64,000 bases of DNA from Deltaproteobacteria bacterium (GCA_016709225.1 JADJEE010000012.1:2179630-2243629); one strand, 5' to 3'; shown: positions 1-10,648, counted from the stretch's first letter. Numbers and translations are program-made. Notes: generated by a model not told the origin, from the sequence alone.

Positions 1-1151
1 TGCTCGCGGGCGCTGGCATCTACGTCGCGCGCCGCTGGCGAGGCCCGGTGGTGACGACCATCCAGCCGCGACGTGGCGCGCTCGCGCAGACCCTGGTGGC
101 GATCGGCCGGGTCGATGCCCCGGCCGAGATCACCTTCGCCGCACGTGAATCCACGAAGATCACGCGCGTGGGCGTCGAGGAAGGCGAGCACGTCGTCGCG
201 GGCGAGCTGATCGTGCAGATGGACCAGGCCGAGGCCGAAGCCATGGTCGTCCAGGCCCAGGCCTCGCTGCAGCAGGCACGCGCACGCACGAAGCAGGTGT
301 CGACGATCTCGGCGCCTTCGGCGGCCGCGGGGCTGCGCGAGGCGAAGGCCAACCTCGCGGAGGCGCAGCGCGCATTCGATCGCAGCGAGCTGCTGTTCGG
401 CAGTGGCAACCTCAACGCGGCCGATCTCGATCTGGCGCGCACCGAGCTCGCGGTCGCGCGTGCGCGGGCGCGAACCGCCGAGCTACAGCAGGCAGCCGTC
501 AGCAAGTCGGGCGCGGACTGGCAGGCCGCCATCGCCGCGGAGATGTTCGCCGAGGCTGGACTCGCAGCGGCCGAGGCCCGACTCGATCGACTGCGCATCG
601 TCGCGCCCTCGGCGGGCACGCTGGTGGAGCGCACCGCCGAGGTCGGCGACATCGTGCAGCTCGGCACCCGCCTCGGCCGCATGACCCTCGACGGGCCGAC
701 CCGCTTGGTGATCGAGCCGGACGAGAAGAACCTCCGCTTGCTCGCGGTCGGCCAGCGGGCGCTGGCGTCGGCCGAGGCGTTCCCCGATCTCCAGTTCGAC
801 GCGACGGTCGACTACATCGCGCCGGCGGTCGACGCGATGCGCGGGACCATCGAGGTGCGGCTGTCGGTCGCCGACCCGCCGAGCTACCTGCGCACGGACA
901 TGACGGTGTCCGTCGAGATCGAGGTCGGTCGCGTCGACGAAGCCATCGTCGTGCCGCTCGAGGTCGTGCGCGACCTGGCCTCGCGCGCGCCCTGGACCCT
1001 CGCGATCGAACACGGCGTCGCCGTGCGCCGTGAGCTCACGCTGGGGCTGCGCGGCGACGCCGACGTCGAGGTCGTCGAGGGCTTGCGCGGCGACGAAGAC
1101 CTCATCCCGCTCGATGCGCGTGACATCCAAGCCGGCGACCGGGTGCGGTGA
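1..1151 (+). CDS. Efflux membrane fusion protein (HlyD/MacA-like periplasmic adaptor), 5'-truncated at window edge
   Basis: Reading frame is open from nt 3 (LAGAGIYVARRWRGPVV... = end of N-terminal TM helix), so the true start lies upstream of the window. Coiled-coil-rich, Ala/Gln-rich adaptor sequence with a beta-barrel C-terminus typical of HlyD-family MFPs. Immediately followed by FtsX permease and ABC ATPase genes. Confidence 0.8.
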   Translation, partial: LAGAGIYVARRWRGPVVTTIQPRRGALAQTLVAIGRVDAPAEITFAARESTKITRVGVEEGEHVVAGELIVQMDQAEAEAMVVQAQASLQQARARTKQVSTISAPSAAAGLREAKANLAEAQRAFDRSELLFGSGNLNAADLDLARTELAVARARARTAELQQAAVSKSGADWQAAIAAEMFAEAGLAAAEARLDRLRIVAPSAGTLVERTAEVGDIVQLGTRLGRMTLDGPTRLVIEPDEKNLRLLAVGQRALASAEAFPDLQFDATVDYIAPAVDAMRGTIEVRLSVADPPSYLRTDMTVSVEIEVGRVDEAIVVPLEVVRDLASRAPWTLAIEHGVAVRRELTLGLRGDADVEVVEGLRGDEDLIPLDARDIQAGDRVR

Positions 1152-1155
1152 GCCG

Positions 1156-2373
1156 ATGCCGATTGCGCTCTTCGTCGCGCTGCAGTTCCTCCGCGAGGGC
1201 AAGACCGCGTCCTCGTTGGTGGTGGCCGCCGTCGGGGTCGGCGTGACGGTGATCGTGTTCCTGTCGGCCCTGATCGGCGGGCTGCAGCAGAGCCTCATCG
1301 ACAAGACCCTCGGCACGCAGGCCCACGTCGTGGTGCGACCGCCCGAGGAGGCGCCACGTCGGCTGCGCGCCGAGCCCGACACCATCATCGCTCCGAGGGT
1401 CCAACGACCGGCGCAGCGCGTGCGCTCGATCGTGGGCTGGCAGCGCGCGATGGCGGAGCTCGCCGACGACCCCGAGGTCGAGGTCGTCACGCCGGTCGTG
1501 ACCGGACCGGGCTTCGCGGTGCGAGGGACCGCGTCCAAGGCCGTCACGGTGCTGGGCATCGACGTCGCGAGCTACGTCCGCGTGATCGCGATCGACGATC
1601 GTCTGGTCGCAGGCGAGCTCCCCCGCAGCGGCGCGGAGGCGGCGATCGGCAGCGAGCTCGCGACCGACCTCGGCATCGAGGTCGGTGACAAGCTCCGTCT
1701 CCAAGCTGCCGGTGGCCGCACCGAGCTGTTCACCATCTCGGGCGTGTTCAGGCTCGGCAATCGCGAGGTCGACGAGCGCTGGGTGTTGCTGACGCTCCGT
1801 TCGGGCCAGACCTTGCTCGATCTCGTCGGCGGTGTCTCGAGCCTCGAGCTCCGCGTCGCGACGCTCTTCGATGCCGAGCGCACGGCATCACGGCTGGCGT
1901 CGGCGACGGGGCTCGTGAGCGAGAGCTGGATGACGACCAATGCCGAGCTGCTCACCGCGCTGCGCTCGCAGGGCGCGTCGAGCCTGCTGATCCAGGCCTT
2001 CGTGGTGCTCGCGGTGACGATCGGCATCGCGAGCGTGCTGGTGGTGTCGGTGGTACAGAAGCGTCGCGAGATCGGCATCCTGCGGGCGATGGGCCTGTCG
2101 CGAGGGCGGATCGTGCAGGTCTTCATGATCCAGGGCGGTGTTCTCGGTTTGCTGGGCTCCGTCGTCGGCGTCGCGGCCGGCATCGCCGTCGCGATGGCGT
2201 TCCGCGGCGCCGTGGTCGACGCCCGCGGGGCGCCGTTGTTTCCCATCTCGGTCGAGCTGCCACTCGTGCTCACCGCCGCCGCCACGGCGATCGCCACCGG
2301 CCTCGTGGCCGCCCTGCTCCCGGCCCTGCGCGCGGGTCGACTCGATCCCGCAGTCGCGATCCGCCATGACTGA
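1156..2373 (+). CDS. ABC transporter permease, FtsX/MacB/LolE-like (DevC-like)
   Basis: ATG at 1156 is 5 nt after the MFP stop. N-terminal TM helix, large periplasmic domain, C-terminal FtsX-type 3-TM bundle (…[21 protein letters not shown]…). Stop overlaps the next start (ATGA). Confidence 0.85.
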   Translation: MPIALFVALQFLREGKTASSLVVAAVGVGVTVIVFLSALIGGLQQSLIDKTLGTQAHVVVRPPEEAPRRLRAEPDTIIAPRVQRPAQRVRSIVGWQRAMAELADDPEVEVVTPVVTGPGFAVRGTASKAVTVLGIDVASYVRVIAIDDRLVAGELPRSGAEAAIGSELATDLGIEVGDKLRLQAAGGRTELFTISGVFRLGNREVDERWVLLTLRSGQTLLDLVGGVSSLELRVATLFDAERTASRLASATGLVSESWMTTNAELLTALRSQGASSLLIQAFVVLAVTIGIASVLVVSVVQKRREIGILRAMGLSRGRIVQVFMIQGGVLGLLGSVVGVAAGIAVAMAFRGAVVDARGAPLFPISVELPLVLTAAATAIATGLVAALLPALRAGRLDPAVAIRHD

Positions 2374-3061
2374 CGCCGTCATCGAGCTCATCGGGGTCAC
2401 CAAGGACTTCGGCGACGACGTCGTGACCCGGGTACTCAAGGGCATCGACCTGCGCGTCGAGGCGGGGGAGTTCACGGCGCTGGTCGGCCCCTCCGGCTCG
2501 GGCAAGAGCACGCTGCTGAACCTGCTCGGCCTGCTCGACCGCCCCACCGGCGGCGTGCTGCGGGTGCTCGGCCGCGACATCGCGGGCCTCGACGACGCCG
2601 AGCTCACCGCGCTGCGCGGTCGATCGATCGGCTTCGTGTTCCAGTTCCATCACCTGTTGCCCGCGCTCACCGCGGTGCAGAACGTCCTCCTGCCCCTGGC
2701 GATCACCGCTGGTCACGTCACCGCCGAGCAGCGTGCCGCCGCCATCGAAGGCCTACGCGAGGTCGGCCTCGAGGGTCGCGCCGACGAGCGCACCACTCGG
2801 CTGTCCGGTGGTCAGCAACAGCGCGTGGCGATTGCCCGCGCGCTGATCGGCCGACCACCACTGGTGCTCGCCGACGAACCCACCGGCAACCTCGACACCG
2901 CCACCGCCGACGAGGTCTTCGAGCTGCTGCGAACCTTCAATCGCCGCTCGAAGATGGCCTTCCTCGTGGTCACGCACTCGCCGGAGCTGGCGGCCCGTTG
3001 CGACCGCGTCGTCACGCTGGTCGACGGTCGGATCGTCGACGACCGACGCCCCACACCATGA
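2366..3061 (+). CDS. ABC transporter ATP-binding protein (LolD/MacB ATPase-like)
   Basis: Walker [13 protein letters not shown] signature [15 protein letters not shown], Walker [14 protein letters not shown]-loop and H-loop. ATGA overlap with the permease gene. Confidence 0.9.
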   Translation: MTDAVIELIGVTKDFGDDVVTRVLKGIDLRVEAGEFTALVGPSGSGKSTLLNLLGLLDRPTGGVLRVLGRDIAGLDDAELTALRGRSIGFVFQFHHLLPALTAVQNVLLPLAITAGHVTAEQRAAAIEGLREVGLEGRADERTTRLSGGQQQRVAIARALIGRPPLVLADEPTGNLDTATADEVFELLRTFNRRSKMAFLVVTHSPELAARCDRVVTLVDGRIVDDRRPTP

Positions 3062-3079
3062 ACCCGCGTCGCCGCGGCG

Positions 3080-4345
3080 TCATCGGGTCAGCAGGCCGAC
3101 GGTATCGACGACCGACGGTCGATTGAACCACTCGCGACGCAGGCGCGCGAACACCCGGTGGGCCACCAGGATCACCACGATGTCAGCGCTACGCAGGGCC
3201 TCCTCCGGGCTCTGCAGCGGCACGCCCTCGATCGGCGAGCTGCGCAGGTGCGGCTCGACTGCGACCACGTCGCCAAAATCCGCCGCCGCCAGCTCGCGCA
3301 CCACCTCGAGCGCGGGGCTCTCGCGCACGTCGTCGATATCGGGCTTGTAGGTGAGGCCGAGGCACACGATCTTCGGTCGCTTGAAGCGCTCCGCGATCGT
3401 GCGCACCTGCGCGACCACGCGGTGGGGCCGCCCGTCGTTCACGCGCCGCGCCGCATTGATGAGCGGCGTGTGCTCGGGCGCGACCGCGACGATGAACCAC
3501 GGATCGACCGCGATGCAGTGGCCGCCGACGCCCGGGCCCGGTCGCAGGATGTTGACGCGGGGGTGACGATTGGCCAGCCGAATCACCTCCCACACGTCGA
3601 GGTCGAGCGCGTCGCAGACGTTGGACAGCTCGTTGGCGAACGCGATGTTCACGTCGCGGAAGGCGTTCTCGGACAGCTTCACCAGCTCCGCGGCGTCGGC
3701 GGTGCAGCGCAGCACCTCGCCCGCCACGAAGCGCTCGTAGAAGGCCGCGGCGGCCTCGGTGCACGCCGGCGTCACGCCGCCGACCACGCGATCGTTCTCG
3801 ACCACCTCGCGGATCACCGCGCCCGGCAGCACCCGCTCGGGCGCGTGCGCCACGAACACGTCGCGCCCGGCCACGAAGCCGCCCTGCTCGAGGATGCCCG
3901 CAACCAACGCACGGGTGGTGCCGGGCGGACTGGTGGACTCGAGCACCACGAGGTTGCCCGGCCGCAGCACCGGCAAGAGCGCGCGGGTGGCCGCCTCGAC
4001 GAAGCGCATGTCGGGGCTGTGCCCGGGGCCGAAGGGCGTGGGCACGCAGATGAGGAACGCGTCGGCCGCCTGCGGCGCGTCGAAGGCCCGCAGGTTGCCG
4101 GCCGCCACCGCAGCGCGCACGAGCGCATCGAGCTCGGGCTCGACGATGTGGATGCGGCCCTCGTTGATGGTCGAGACCACGTCATTCCGTGTATCGACCC
4201 CGGCGATTTTCATCGGCGGCGATGCGGCACTGGCCCCACCGCGGGTCGCGAGCACCGCCGCGGTCGGCAGACCCACGTAGCCGAGACCGATCACACACAC
4301 ATCCCACGTGGCACGGTCACTCGAAGACTGCGACGAAGTGTTCAT
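3080..4345 (-). CDS. wecC: UDP-N-acetyl-D-mannosamine (nucleotide-sugar) dehydrogenase
   Basis: Collinear match to E. coli WecC: N-terminal Rossmann fold [16 protein letters not shown], catalytic region [32 protein letters not shown]-terminal UDP-binding domain. Convergent with the ABC ATPase (18-bp gap). Confidence 0.9.
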   Translation of the reverse strand: MNTSSQSSSDRATWDVCVIGLGYVGLPTAAVLATRGGASAASPPMKIAGVDTRNDVVSTINEGRIHIVEPELDALVRAAVAAGNLRAFDAPQAADAFLICVPTPFGPGHSPDMRFVEAATRALLPVLRPGNLVVLESTSPPGTTRALVAGILEQGGFVAGRDVFVAHAPERVLPGAVIREVVENDRVVGGVTPACTEAAAAFYERFVAGEVLRCTADAAELVKLSENAFRDVNIAFANELSNVCDALDLDVWEVIRLANRHPRVNILRPGPGVGGHCIAVDPWFIVAVAPEHTPLINAARRVNDGRPHRVVAQVRTIAERFKRPKIVCLGLTYKPDIDDVRESPALEVVRELAAADFGDVVAVEPHLRSSPIEGVPLQSPEEALRSADIVVILVAHRVFARLRREWFNRPSVVDTVGLLTR

Positions 4346-4488
4346 CCAACGAACTCCATGTCATGCTAAGGGCAAAGTCGTGATTGCGTCCACGGTTGGT
4401 CCGCTCGAATTCGTGGTGGCGGGGGTCGGAACGCATCGACCACTGTCAGCGCATGCACGCTCGGGGCAAGTGACAGGGGGATGACCGC

Positions 4489-5991
4489 GTGAACGCCTCG
4501 CTCGGCACACTCTGGCTCGGCGCGATCGCGGCCTTCGCGGTCGTCGCGGGGCTGATGCCGCTGGTGCTCCGGGCCTGGCGGGCGCTGGGTCACCGCGACG
4601 ACGAGGTCAGCCTCCGCAAGGTTCACACCGGACAGATCCCGCGGGCAGGCGGCCTGGTGATCCTCTTCGGTTTCGGCGTGATGCTGGTGATCGGCCTCGC
4701 GGGTGTCAGCTCGCTGTCGGCGACGCACGAGCTCTTCAGCGTCTCGCCGCTCACGGGCGCGCTGCTGGGTGCGCTCATCGTGGGGATGACCGGCGCCTAC
4801 GACGATCTCGTGGGCCTGCGTCCGCGCACCAAGCTCGCGATGCAGCTGGTGGCGGCGAGCGTCGCCGTGCTCTACGGCCTGCACTGGCCCGCGCTCGAGC
4901 TACTGGTCGGCTGGGAGTACAACTGGCTCGCGACGCTGCTCACGATTGGCTTCTTGGTCGCCGGTGTGAACGCGGTGAACATGATGGACGGGCTCGATGG
5001 GCTCGCCGCCGGCATCGCGGTGGTGGGCTTCACGACGGTGGTGCTGGCGATCTTCGCCGGGCCCACGCTCGTGCCCGGCACGCTCGCGGTGGGTTGGGCG
5101 GCCGCATGCGCGCTCGGAGCCACCGCGGGCTTCCTGCTGCACAACCGCCACCCGGCCAAGGTGTTCATGGGCGACGCGGGCAGCTACTTCGTCGGCTTCC
5201 TGCTGCCGGCGCTGCTCGTGCAAGTGTCGCCGGTGCGCTGGCGCGTGCCGGAGATCCAGCTGTCGATCGCGGTCCTGCCCCTCACGGTGCCACTGTTCGA
5301 CATGACACTGGCGATCGTGCGTCGCACGCTGCGGGGTCAGCCGATCTTCAGCGGTGACTCCGACCACGTGCACCACCGCCTCATGGCGGCCGGGTTCTCG
5401 CATGCGCGCGCGGTCACGGTGCTGTGGCTGTCGTCGATGATGTTCGCGGCGCTGGCCTACCTCAACGTCATCGGCATCGGCGGCTGGTGGACGCTGCTCG
5501 GCACGCTGGTGGCGGTGGCGATGGCCTCGGTGCTGCTCGGCTACCACCGCATGCTCGCGCGCCTGCCAGCCTTCACCGGCGAGCGGTTCCTCGGCTGGCG
5601 CGATCGTCGGCGCGAGGTGATGGAGCTGCTCGACTCCCTGGAGCGCGTGCGGCTGTCGGGCAACGACCGCGGCGAGGCCCGCTGGCGCCGCGTCGCGCCC
5701 GAGATCGCACTGGTGCTGGGTCGACTCGGCATCCCCGCGTTCCAGATCCGCCACCGCGAAGAGGTCGTGGTCGGCAGCGGCGATGCCCGCGACGCGTGGG
5801 CGTGGCTGGGGCTGCCACTACCGGGGCAAGACGGCGCCGAGCTGCGACTCGCGCTCGCGGTTCGCCTGCCCGAGCTGCAGCAGGAACGCCTGATGCTGAT
5901 CGAGCGCGCGGTGCTGGCGGTCGCGGGCGAGGGGTCGGCGGCGCGTCAGCTCGCGGTCGTGCGGGACGATCGCGACGCCGCGGTGAGCTGA
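4489..5991 (+). CDS. Glycosyltransferase family 4 (MraY/WecA-like sugar-1-phosphate:polyprenyl-phosphate transferase) with ~150-aa C-terminal cytoplasmic extension
   Basis: GTG start. Multiple TM helices and the conserved NAVNMMDGLDGLAAG motif of the WecA/MraY/WbpL family. Divergent from wecC (143-bp intergenic). Confidence 0.8.
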   Translation: MNASLGTLWLGAIAAFAVVAGLMPLVLRAWRALGHRDDEVSLRKVHTGQIPRAGGLVILFGFGVMLVIGLAGVSSLSATHELFSVSPLTGALLGALIVGMTGAYDDLVGLRPRTKLAMQLVAASVAVLYGLHWPALELLVGWEYNWLATLLTIGFLVAGVNAVNMMDGLDGLAAGIAVVGFTTVVLAIFAGPTLVPGTLAVGWAAACALGATAGFLLHNRHPAKVFMGDAGSYFVGFLLPALLVQVSPVRWRVPEIQLSIAVLPLTVPLFDMTLAIVRRTLRGQPIFSGDSDHVHHRLMAAGFSHARAVTVLWLSSMMFAALAYLNVIGIGGWWTLLGTLVAVAMASVLLGYHRMLARLPAFTGERFLGWRDRRREVMELLDSLERVRLSGNDRGEARWRRVAPEIALVLGRLGIPAFQIRHREEVVVGSGDARDAWAWLGLPLPGQDGAELRLALAVRLPELQQERLMLIERAVLAVAGEGSAARQLAVVRDDRDAAVS

Positions 5992-6083
5992 AGGCTTGGG
6001 GCCGCTTGCGGGCGGCGCCTTCGCACGCCCACGCCCGAGCGAAGACCCGCGCGGCGGCGCGTCGCTCCCCACGCGCGCGCGAG

Positions 6084-7679
6084 TCAGCGACCGGCGGTGC
6101 GCGGCGGCCGAGCAGTCGACGCAGCGACCTTCGGCACCGGACCCGTGACGTGCACGTCGAAGGCCTCGCCCTTGCGGGTCACCACCGCCTGGGTGGGTGC
6201 TCGCTGCGCCTGCAGGCCGAGCAGCGGCGCGAGCGACTGCACGCGGTCGAGCTGCGCGAGCGACTCGCCGTCGATGGCCACGGTCGCGGCCAGTAGGTGA
6301 TCGGTGCTCTTGTTGCCCGGCGTGGCGCCCTTGGTCTGCTCGAGCCAGTCGGCCAGCGACTCCGCGGCGGTGGGTCCGATCGCGACGGCCACCGCGCCGG
6401 CGTGGGGACTGCCCGCGAACGCGACCCGCAGAGCGCCCTGCTCGTCGATCAGCGAGGCGAACTCGGGCGGCAGCAGCTTGCGTGCGTTGTCGACCGCGAG
6501 CACATGCACGTTCACGCCCGCAGCGGTGCTGCGGTTGCGCTTGAAGCGGAGCTTGGGCACCGAGACGCCGAACGTGCGCGCGAGATCGAGGTTGCCGAGC
6601 ACCGCATCGATGAGCCCGATGACGGAGTTGCTCGCCCGTGCGGGGTCGTCGGCGCCGAGCGCCAGCACGATGTGATTGCGCGGCCCCAGACCCACCAGCA
6701 CGCGGCCGTTCCAGCTGCGCAGCACGGTGTTGTAGCGCTTGAGCATGTCCTCGAGCACGCCCTTGACCAGGAAGTTCTGCTTGTTGACCTCGCGCGTCGC
6801 GGTCGAGATCAGGTCCTTCACCACGGTCTGGTACTTCGCGTAGCGCGACGACGCGCCGGCCACGATGCTCGGCGACGACAGCAGGCCAGTGAGCGCCCCC
6901 TCGGTGATCTCCGACAGGCCATCGATGGTGCCGTCACCCTCGGCGGTCACGCGGAAGTCGCCGATGTTCTCACCCTGCGCGACCACCCGGGCGAACGGGA
7001 ACGTCGGCACAGCCTTGCGGATCTCCGCGCCGTCGATGGTCGCGAACACGCCGTGCTTGCCGTAGCCGTGGGCGAGCTCGCGGGCGGTCGCGAGGCCACG
7101 CTCGTCGCTCGCGAGCGCGAGCACGCCGTTGGCGGTGTCGAGCCACGCCAGCTTGGGCGGCACCAACGCGAGGCCAGCGGGCGCACCGGCGGGCGTGGTC
7201 GCGCCGCGCTGCAGATCGACCGCGCCGAACTTCCCGACCTTCGGACGACTGCCCAGCATCGAGGCGACCTCGGCCAGACGCACGCGCTCGATCGGCACCT
7301 GCACGATCAATTGTCCTTCGACGAGCGCCGCCGACCACGGCCTGGCGAGGTCGAAGCTGGGCACCAATGAGGCCTCGAACGGCAACCCCACCTGGGTCAG
7401 CAACGTGCGCAGCACGCCGCGTGGATCGACCCCGAGCCCGGTCGTCTGCCCCAGCGCCACCAACGCGGGGGCGGGCGCTGCGAGGTGGGCGGCGAACTGC
7501 GGCTTGGCCGGCAGTGCGTAGGGCCGCGGCATGCTTGCCGGCGGCTTGGCCTCGCGTCGCTTGCCCTCGGCGGTGCGCCGCTCCGGCGCCGCCGTGGTCT
7601 CGGCCCCATCGTGCTTGCACGCCGTCAGCGGCGAGAGTGCGAGAGCAGAACCGAGGAGCAGGCGTTGCCAGCGTCGCAT
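6084..7679 (-). CDS. Hypothetical lipoprotein (531 aa)
   Basis: Signal peptide with lipobox (LLLGSALALSPLTAC). Normal amino-acid composition, whereas the opposite-strand ORF is Arg/His-rich junk. No recognisable domain. Confidence 0.55.
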   Translation of the reverse strand: MRRWQRLLLGSALALSPLTACKHDGAETTAAPERRTAEGKRREAKPPASMPRPYALPAKPQFAAHLAAPAPALVALGQTTGLGVDPRGVLRTLLTQVGLPFEASLVPSFDLARPWSAALVEGQLIVQVPIERVRLAEVASMLGSRPKVGKFGAVDLQRGATTPAGAPAGLALVPPKLAWLDTANGVLALASDERGLATARELAHGYGKHGVFATIDGAEIRKAVPTFPFARVVAQGENIGDFRVTAEGDGTIDGLSEITEGALTGLLSSPSIVAGASSRYAKYQTVVKDLISTATREVNKQNFLVKGVLEDMLKRYNTVLRSWNGRVLVGLGPRNHIVLALGADDPARASNSVIGLIDAVLGNLDLARTFGVSVPKLRFKRNRSTAAGVNVHVLAVDNARKLLPPEFASLIDEQGALRVAFAGSPHAGAVAVAIGPTAAESLADWLEQTKGATPGNKSTDHLLAATVAIDGESLAQLDRVQSLAPLLGLQAQRAPTQAVVTRKGEAFDVHVTGPVPKVAASTARPPRTAGR

Positions 7680-7818
7680 GCGTGGAGTGGAACCTATCAG
7701 GAAGCGCGGGGGTCGGCACGTGCCGCGCAGTGGGCAGTGACGCCGCGCTCACACGCATGCTTCATGGTCCACGTGATCACGGCGACACGCGCTTGGTTTG
7801 CGCCAGCGTGCGCTCACG

Positions 7819-8685
7819 TCAAGGACGCGCGGTGGGATCGAGCACGCAGCGGAACCCGATCACGACGTGGCGCAGCGTAGGCGCGACCAAGCGCCGCGAC
7901 GACGCGCGCGCGCGCCACGATGGGTCGCTCCATGCGGCGCCCTTCACGACCGCATGGCCGCGCTCGAAGCTCGCCGTCCACTCGGCGGCGTTGCCCGCGA
8001 GATCCTGCACACCGTGCGGGCCCGCGGTCGCTGGCCGCGCTCCGACCGGCTGCAAGTCACCCGCACCGCCCTCGCGGGTGTTGACCAGCGACGCGACGAA
8101 GCGGTCGCCCCACGGATACACGCGGGCATCGTCGCCACGGGCCGCTCGCTCCCACTGCGCCTCGGTCGGCAGCGAGCCGAAGCCGCGATGCTGCTCGCCC
8201 CACCACTCGCAGTAGGCCGCGGCCTCGGGTTGGCTCACCAACACGGCCGGTGCGTGCTCGCGCTCGCGACGAGGACGGCCCTGCACCCACGTGAACGTGC
8301 GCGGGTCGCCGCCCGGCAGCTCGTCGTCGAGCGCCTGCGTACGCGCCCACGTCTGCCGGTCGACCCATGGCTCCGCGGCACCGGTCGCGTAGACGTAGCG
8401 GGCGTACTCCTGCTGTGTCACCGGGTGCACCATCATGTGATAGGTGCCGATGCGCGCACGATGCCGTGCGAGCTCGCGTCGCACCGAGGTCGCGGCCGCC
8501 CGCGCATCGCCGCCGAGCTTCACGGCGTCGTCGATCGCCGCCGTGCGCTCGTCGAGCGAGGCTCCCATCGCGAACCATCCGCCCGCGATCGTGACGGTCT
8601 CGCTGGTGTCCACGCCGGCGTGGACGCAACCGCCGAGCGCCAGTGCGAGCAACCAGCCTGAGGGCGCCTGGATCGCGGTTGGCAT
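7819..8685 (-). CDS. Formylglycine-generating enzyme (SUMF1/FGE-sulfatase domain) family lipoprotein
   Basis: Signal/lipobox LALALGGC. Conserved FGE-domain blocks (MVHPVTQQEYARYV…, AYCEWWGE…LPTEAQWERAARG, …RVYPWGD…, GVQDLAGNAAEWT, RGAAWS). Confidence 0.75.
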   Translation of the reverse strand: MPTAIQAPSGWLLALALGGCVHAGVDTSETVTIAGGWFAMGASLDERTAAIDDAVKLGGDARAAATSVRRELARHRARIGTYHMMVHPVTQQEYARYVYATGAAEPWVDRQTWARTQALDDELPGGDPRTFTWVQGRPRREREHAPAVLVSQPEAAAYCEWWGEQHRGFGSLPTEAQWERAARGDDARVYPWGDRFVASLVNTREGGAGDLQPVGARPATAGPHGVQDLAGNAAEWTASFERGHAVVKGAAWSDPSWRARASSRRLVAPTLRHVVIGFRCVLDPTARP

Positions 8686-8806
8686 CGTCTCGCGTCATCG
8701 TCCGCGCGGGCGAGGTGCTGCAGGTCGGGTGCGCGGCGGCGATGGCCCCAAAGTTGGGCCCCACGTGGATCGCGGCGGCCCGTCCTGATACGACTGTGCC
8801 CAGGCG

Positions 8807-9193
8807 ATGACGACTCCGTTCTACTGCGTGTTGGTGGCGTGGGTGTTGATCTACCTGCCGAAGGTCGGCACCAGCATCGGCATGGCGCGGCAGCCCGGCG
8901 GCTACGACAACAAGCATCCTCGGGCCCAGCAAGCGCAACTGAGCGGGTGGCCGGCGCGCGCCCACGCGGCCCACCTCAACTCGTTCGAGACCTTCCCTGC
9001 CTTCGCCGCGGCGGTGATCGTCGCCCACCTCGCGGGCGCCGACCCCAGACGCGCGTCCCTGCTCTCGCTCACCTTCGTGATCACGCGCGCGCTGTACTTC
9101 GTCGCGTATGTTGCGAACGTCGACAAGCTGCGATCCACGCTCTGGGGGATCGGGATCCTCGCGACGTTCGGGCTGTTCGTGATCGGGGTCTGA
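8807..9193 (+). CDS. MAPEG family membrane protein
   Basis: 128 aa with three or four TM helices and a FETFPAFAAAVIVAHL-type core typical of MAPEG/MGST-like proteins. Confidence 0.65.
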   Translation: MTTPFYCVLVAWVLIYLPKVGTSIGMARQPGGYDNKHPRAQQAQLSGWPARAHAAHLNSFETFPAFAAAVIVAHLAGADPRRASLLSLTFVITRALYFVAYVANVDKLRSTLWGIGILATFGLFVIGV

Positions 9194-9227
9194 TCGCCGC
9201 GCGCCGAGGTGGACGTACTGCGCGCGG

Positions 9228-9728
9228 CTAGAACTCGATGCGCCAGGCGATCGCGAAGCCGCGCCCACGCGAGTAGGCACGAAGGCTGTGGCGCTGCCGC
9301 AGCCGACCGTCGCGCCAGATCCCGAGCACCGGCAGGCCGGCGGCGGCCACCGAGCCGAGGGCCGTGAGCGCCGAGGCGCCCGCACCCGGTCGCTGCAGCA
9401 ACGTATCGCCGCGCATCTGCGCGAGGTCCAACACCAGCTGCTCGGCTCGCTCGCGGGCATCGGTCGGCTGCGTGTTGATCGAGTCACCCGCCATGAGCCA
9501 TCGCGCCCACGTCAGCTCGCGGCCCAGGCGATTCTCCTGTCCGAGCCACGGCCGCAGCGTGCCAGGGGTCGCCGCGGCATCGGTGCGGAGCAACACCGCG
9601 CCGTCGGACGGCGGCTCGCCCTCGTCGGCGTGGGCCGGACGCCCGAGCATCGACGCCAGCGCGCAGCCGAGCCCGAGGGCCGCCGCGCGGTGGAGCCGAA
9701 TCCCGGCCATGGGACGAGCGTGCGTCAC
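9228..9728 (-). CDS. Hypothetical secreted protein
   Basis: N-terminal signal-like segment AALGLGCALASMLGRPAHA. No domain recognised. Located downstream of the ECF sigma gene. Confidence 0.35.
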   Translation of the reverse strand: MTHARPMAGIRLHRAAALGLGCALASMLGRPAHADEGEPPSDGAVLLRTDAAATPGTLRPWLGQENRLGRELTWARWLMAGDSINTQPTDARERAEQLVLDLAQMRGDTLLQRPGAGASALTALGSVAAAGLPVLGIWRDGRLRQRHSLRAYSRGRGFAIAWRIEF

Positions 9729-9904
9729 GTCATATCAAGCTAACCGCAGCCGCACCCGCTTGGGAAGCCCGTCGATGACGCGACCGGCCGGTCGAGCGGC
9801 GGCGCGGGCGGCCAACCCACACCGAGGGGTCGCCCCTTTGGTGCTCGGCCGGATGGCGGCTCACACAATCGGCAGCGGCGGCCTCGCCGGCGCGCGATCC
9901 AGCA

Positions 9905-10532
9905 CTACGCGGGCGAGCCGTCGTCGCGGCCGAAGTCTCGCTGGAGCGCAGCCGCCCAACGCTCCAGGTCGTCGACCGTGCTGCGAATCAGCTGATCGGA
10001 GACATGCATGCCCTCGATCCGGTCGCGCAGCATCTGTCGCGCGCGGAACAGGCGGCTCTTCACCGTGCCCGGCTGAACCCCGAGCACGGTCGCGATGTCG
10101 GCCACGCCCATGCCCTCCCAGTAGTGCAGCTCGACGCAGATCTGGAAGTCGATCGGAATGCTGCGCAGGCCCTTGAGCAGCAGCTTCTTCTCCTCGTGCA
10201 GCGCCCGCAACTGCGACGGCGTGCCCATGAGGTCCTCGACCGAGAACTCGAGGAAGTCCTCGAGCTTCCCGTGGGTGCGCTTGCTGCGGTACTGGTGGAA
10301 CAGCAGGTGCCGCGCGATGCCCAGCAGGTACGCGCGGAAGGTGCCGTCCTTGATGCGATCGAAGCCCTCGAGGCTGGCCAGGAAGGTCCGTTGCGTGAGG
10401 TCGTCGACGTCGTTGTCGATCTTGCTGCGGAAGAAGCGATAGACGCTGCTGAAGTGGCGATCGATGAGCTCGTTGCCCGCCGCCTTGTCGCCGTCCTTCC
10501 AGCGCTTCAGCAGTTCGAAGTCGTCACTCAAG
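9905..10532 (-). CDS. RNA polymerase ECF-type sigma-70 factor
   Basis: Sigma-70 region 2 (…DLTQRTFLASLEGF…ARHLLFHQYR) and region 4 HTH (GMGVADIATVLGVQPGTVKSRLFRAR). The track ORF reaches 10624, but a TTG at 10532 (MSDDFELLKRW) aligns with the N-terminus of the paralogous sigma at 39376 (MAEITDFELLGQW). Confidence 0.8.
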
Positions 10533-10570
10533 GTGAGTCCTAGCGTACGCCGTCGCGTCGCGCCGCACCA

Positions 10571-10630
10571 CCCCAGCGCGCGCGCAGAGGCCAGCGCGCG
10601 CGCACGAGGCCAGGGCTCGCGCACGAGGCC
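10571..10630. repeat. Direct GC-rich repeats (gcgcgc-a-c/g-gaggccag units) in the leader region of the ECF sigma gene
   Basis: + strand cgcgcgcagaggccagcgcgcgcgcacgaggccagggctcgcgcacgaggccgcc: two or three imperfect ~17-bp direct repeats lying between the M50 peptidase stop and the sigma start. Confidence 0.4.
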
Positions 10631-10648
10631 GCCATGGCGGGGGACCGG

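Noticed and set aside
483-1559. Long antisense ORFs throughout (for example 483..1559 -, 3158..4369 +, 5424..6296 +, 6297..7370 +, 10524..11951 -, 27715..31515 + of 1266 aa, 30618..33299 + of 893 aa, 36208..39162 + of 984 aa, 46019..48217 + of 732 aa)
   Set aside because: Arg/Pro/Ser/His/Asp-rich low-complexity translations with no motifs. They lie opposite ORFs with clear domain signatures. These are typical shadow ORFs of a 70% GC genome.
9905-10624. Full 239-aa version of the ECF sigma ORF
   Set aside because: The N-terminal 30 aa (MREPWPRARALASARALGWCG…) are low-complexity and would leave only 24 bp to the upstream gene. An in-frame TTG at 10532 gives an N-terminus matching the paralogue. 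The longer form is kept as an alternative.
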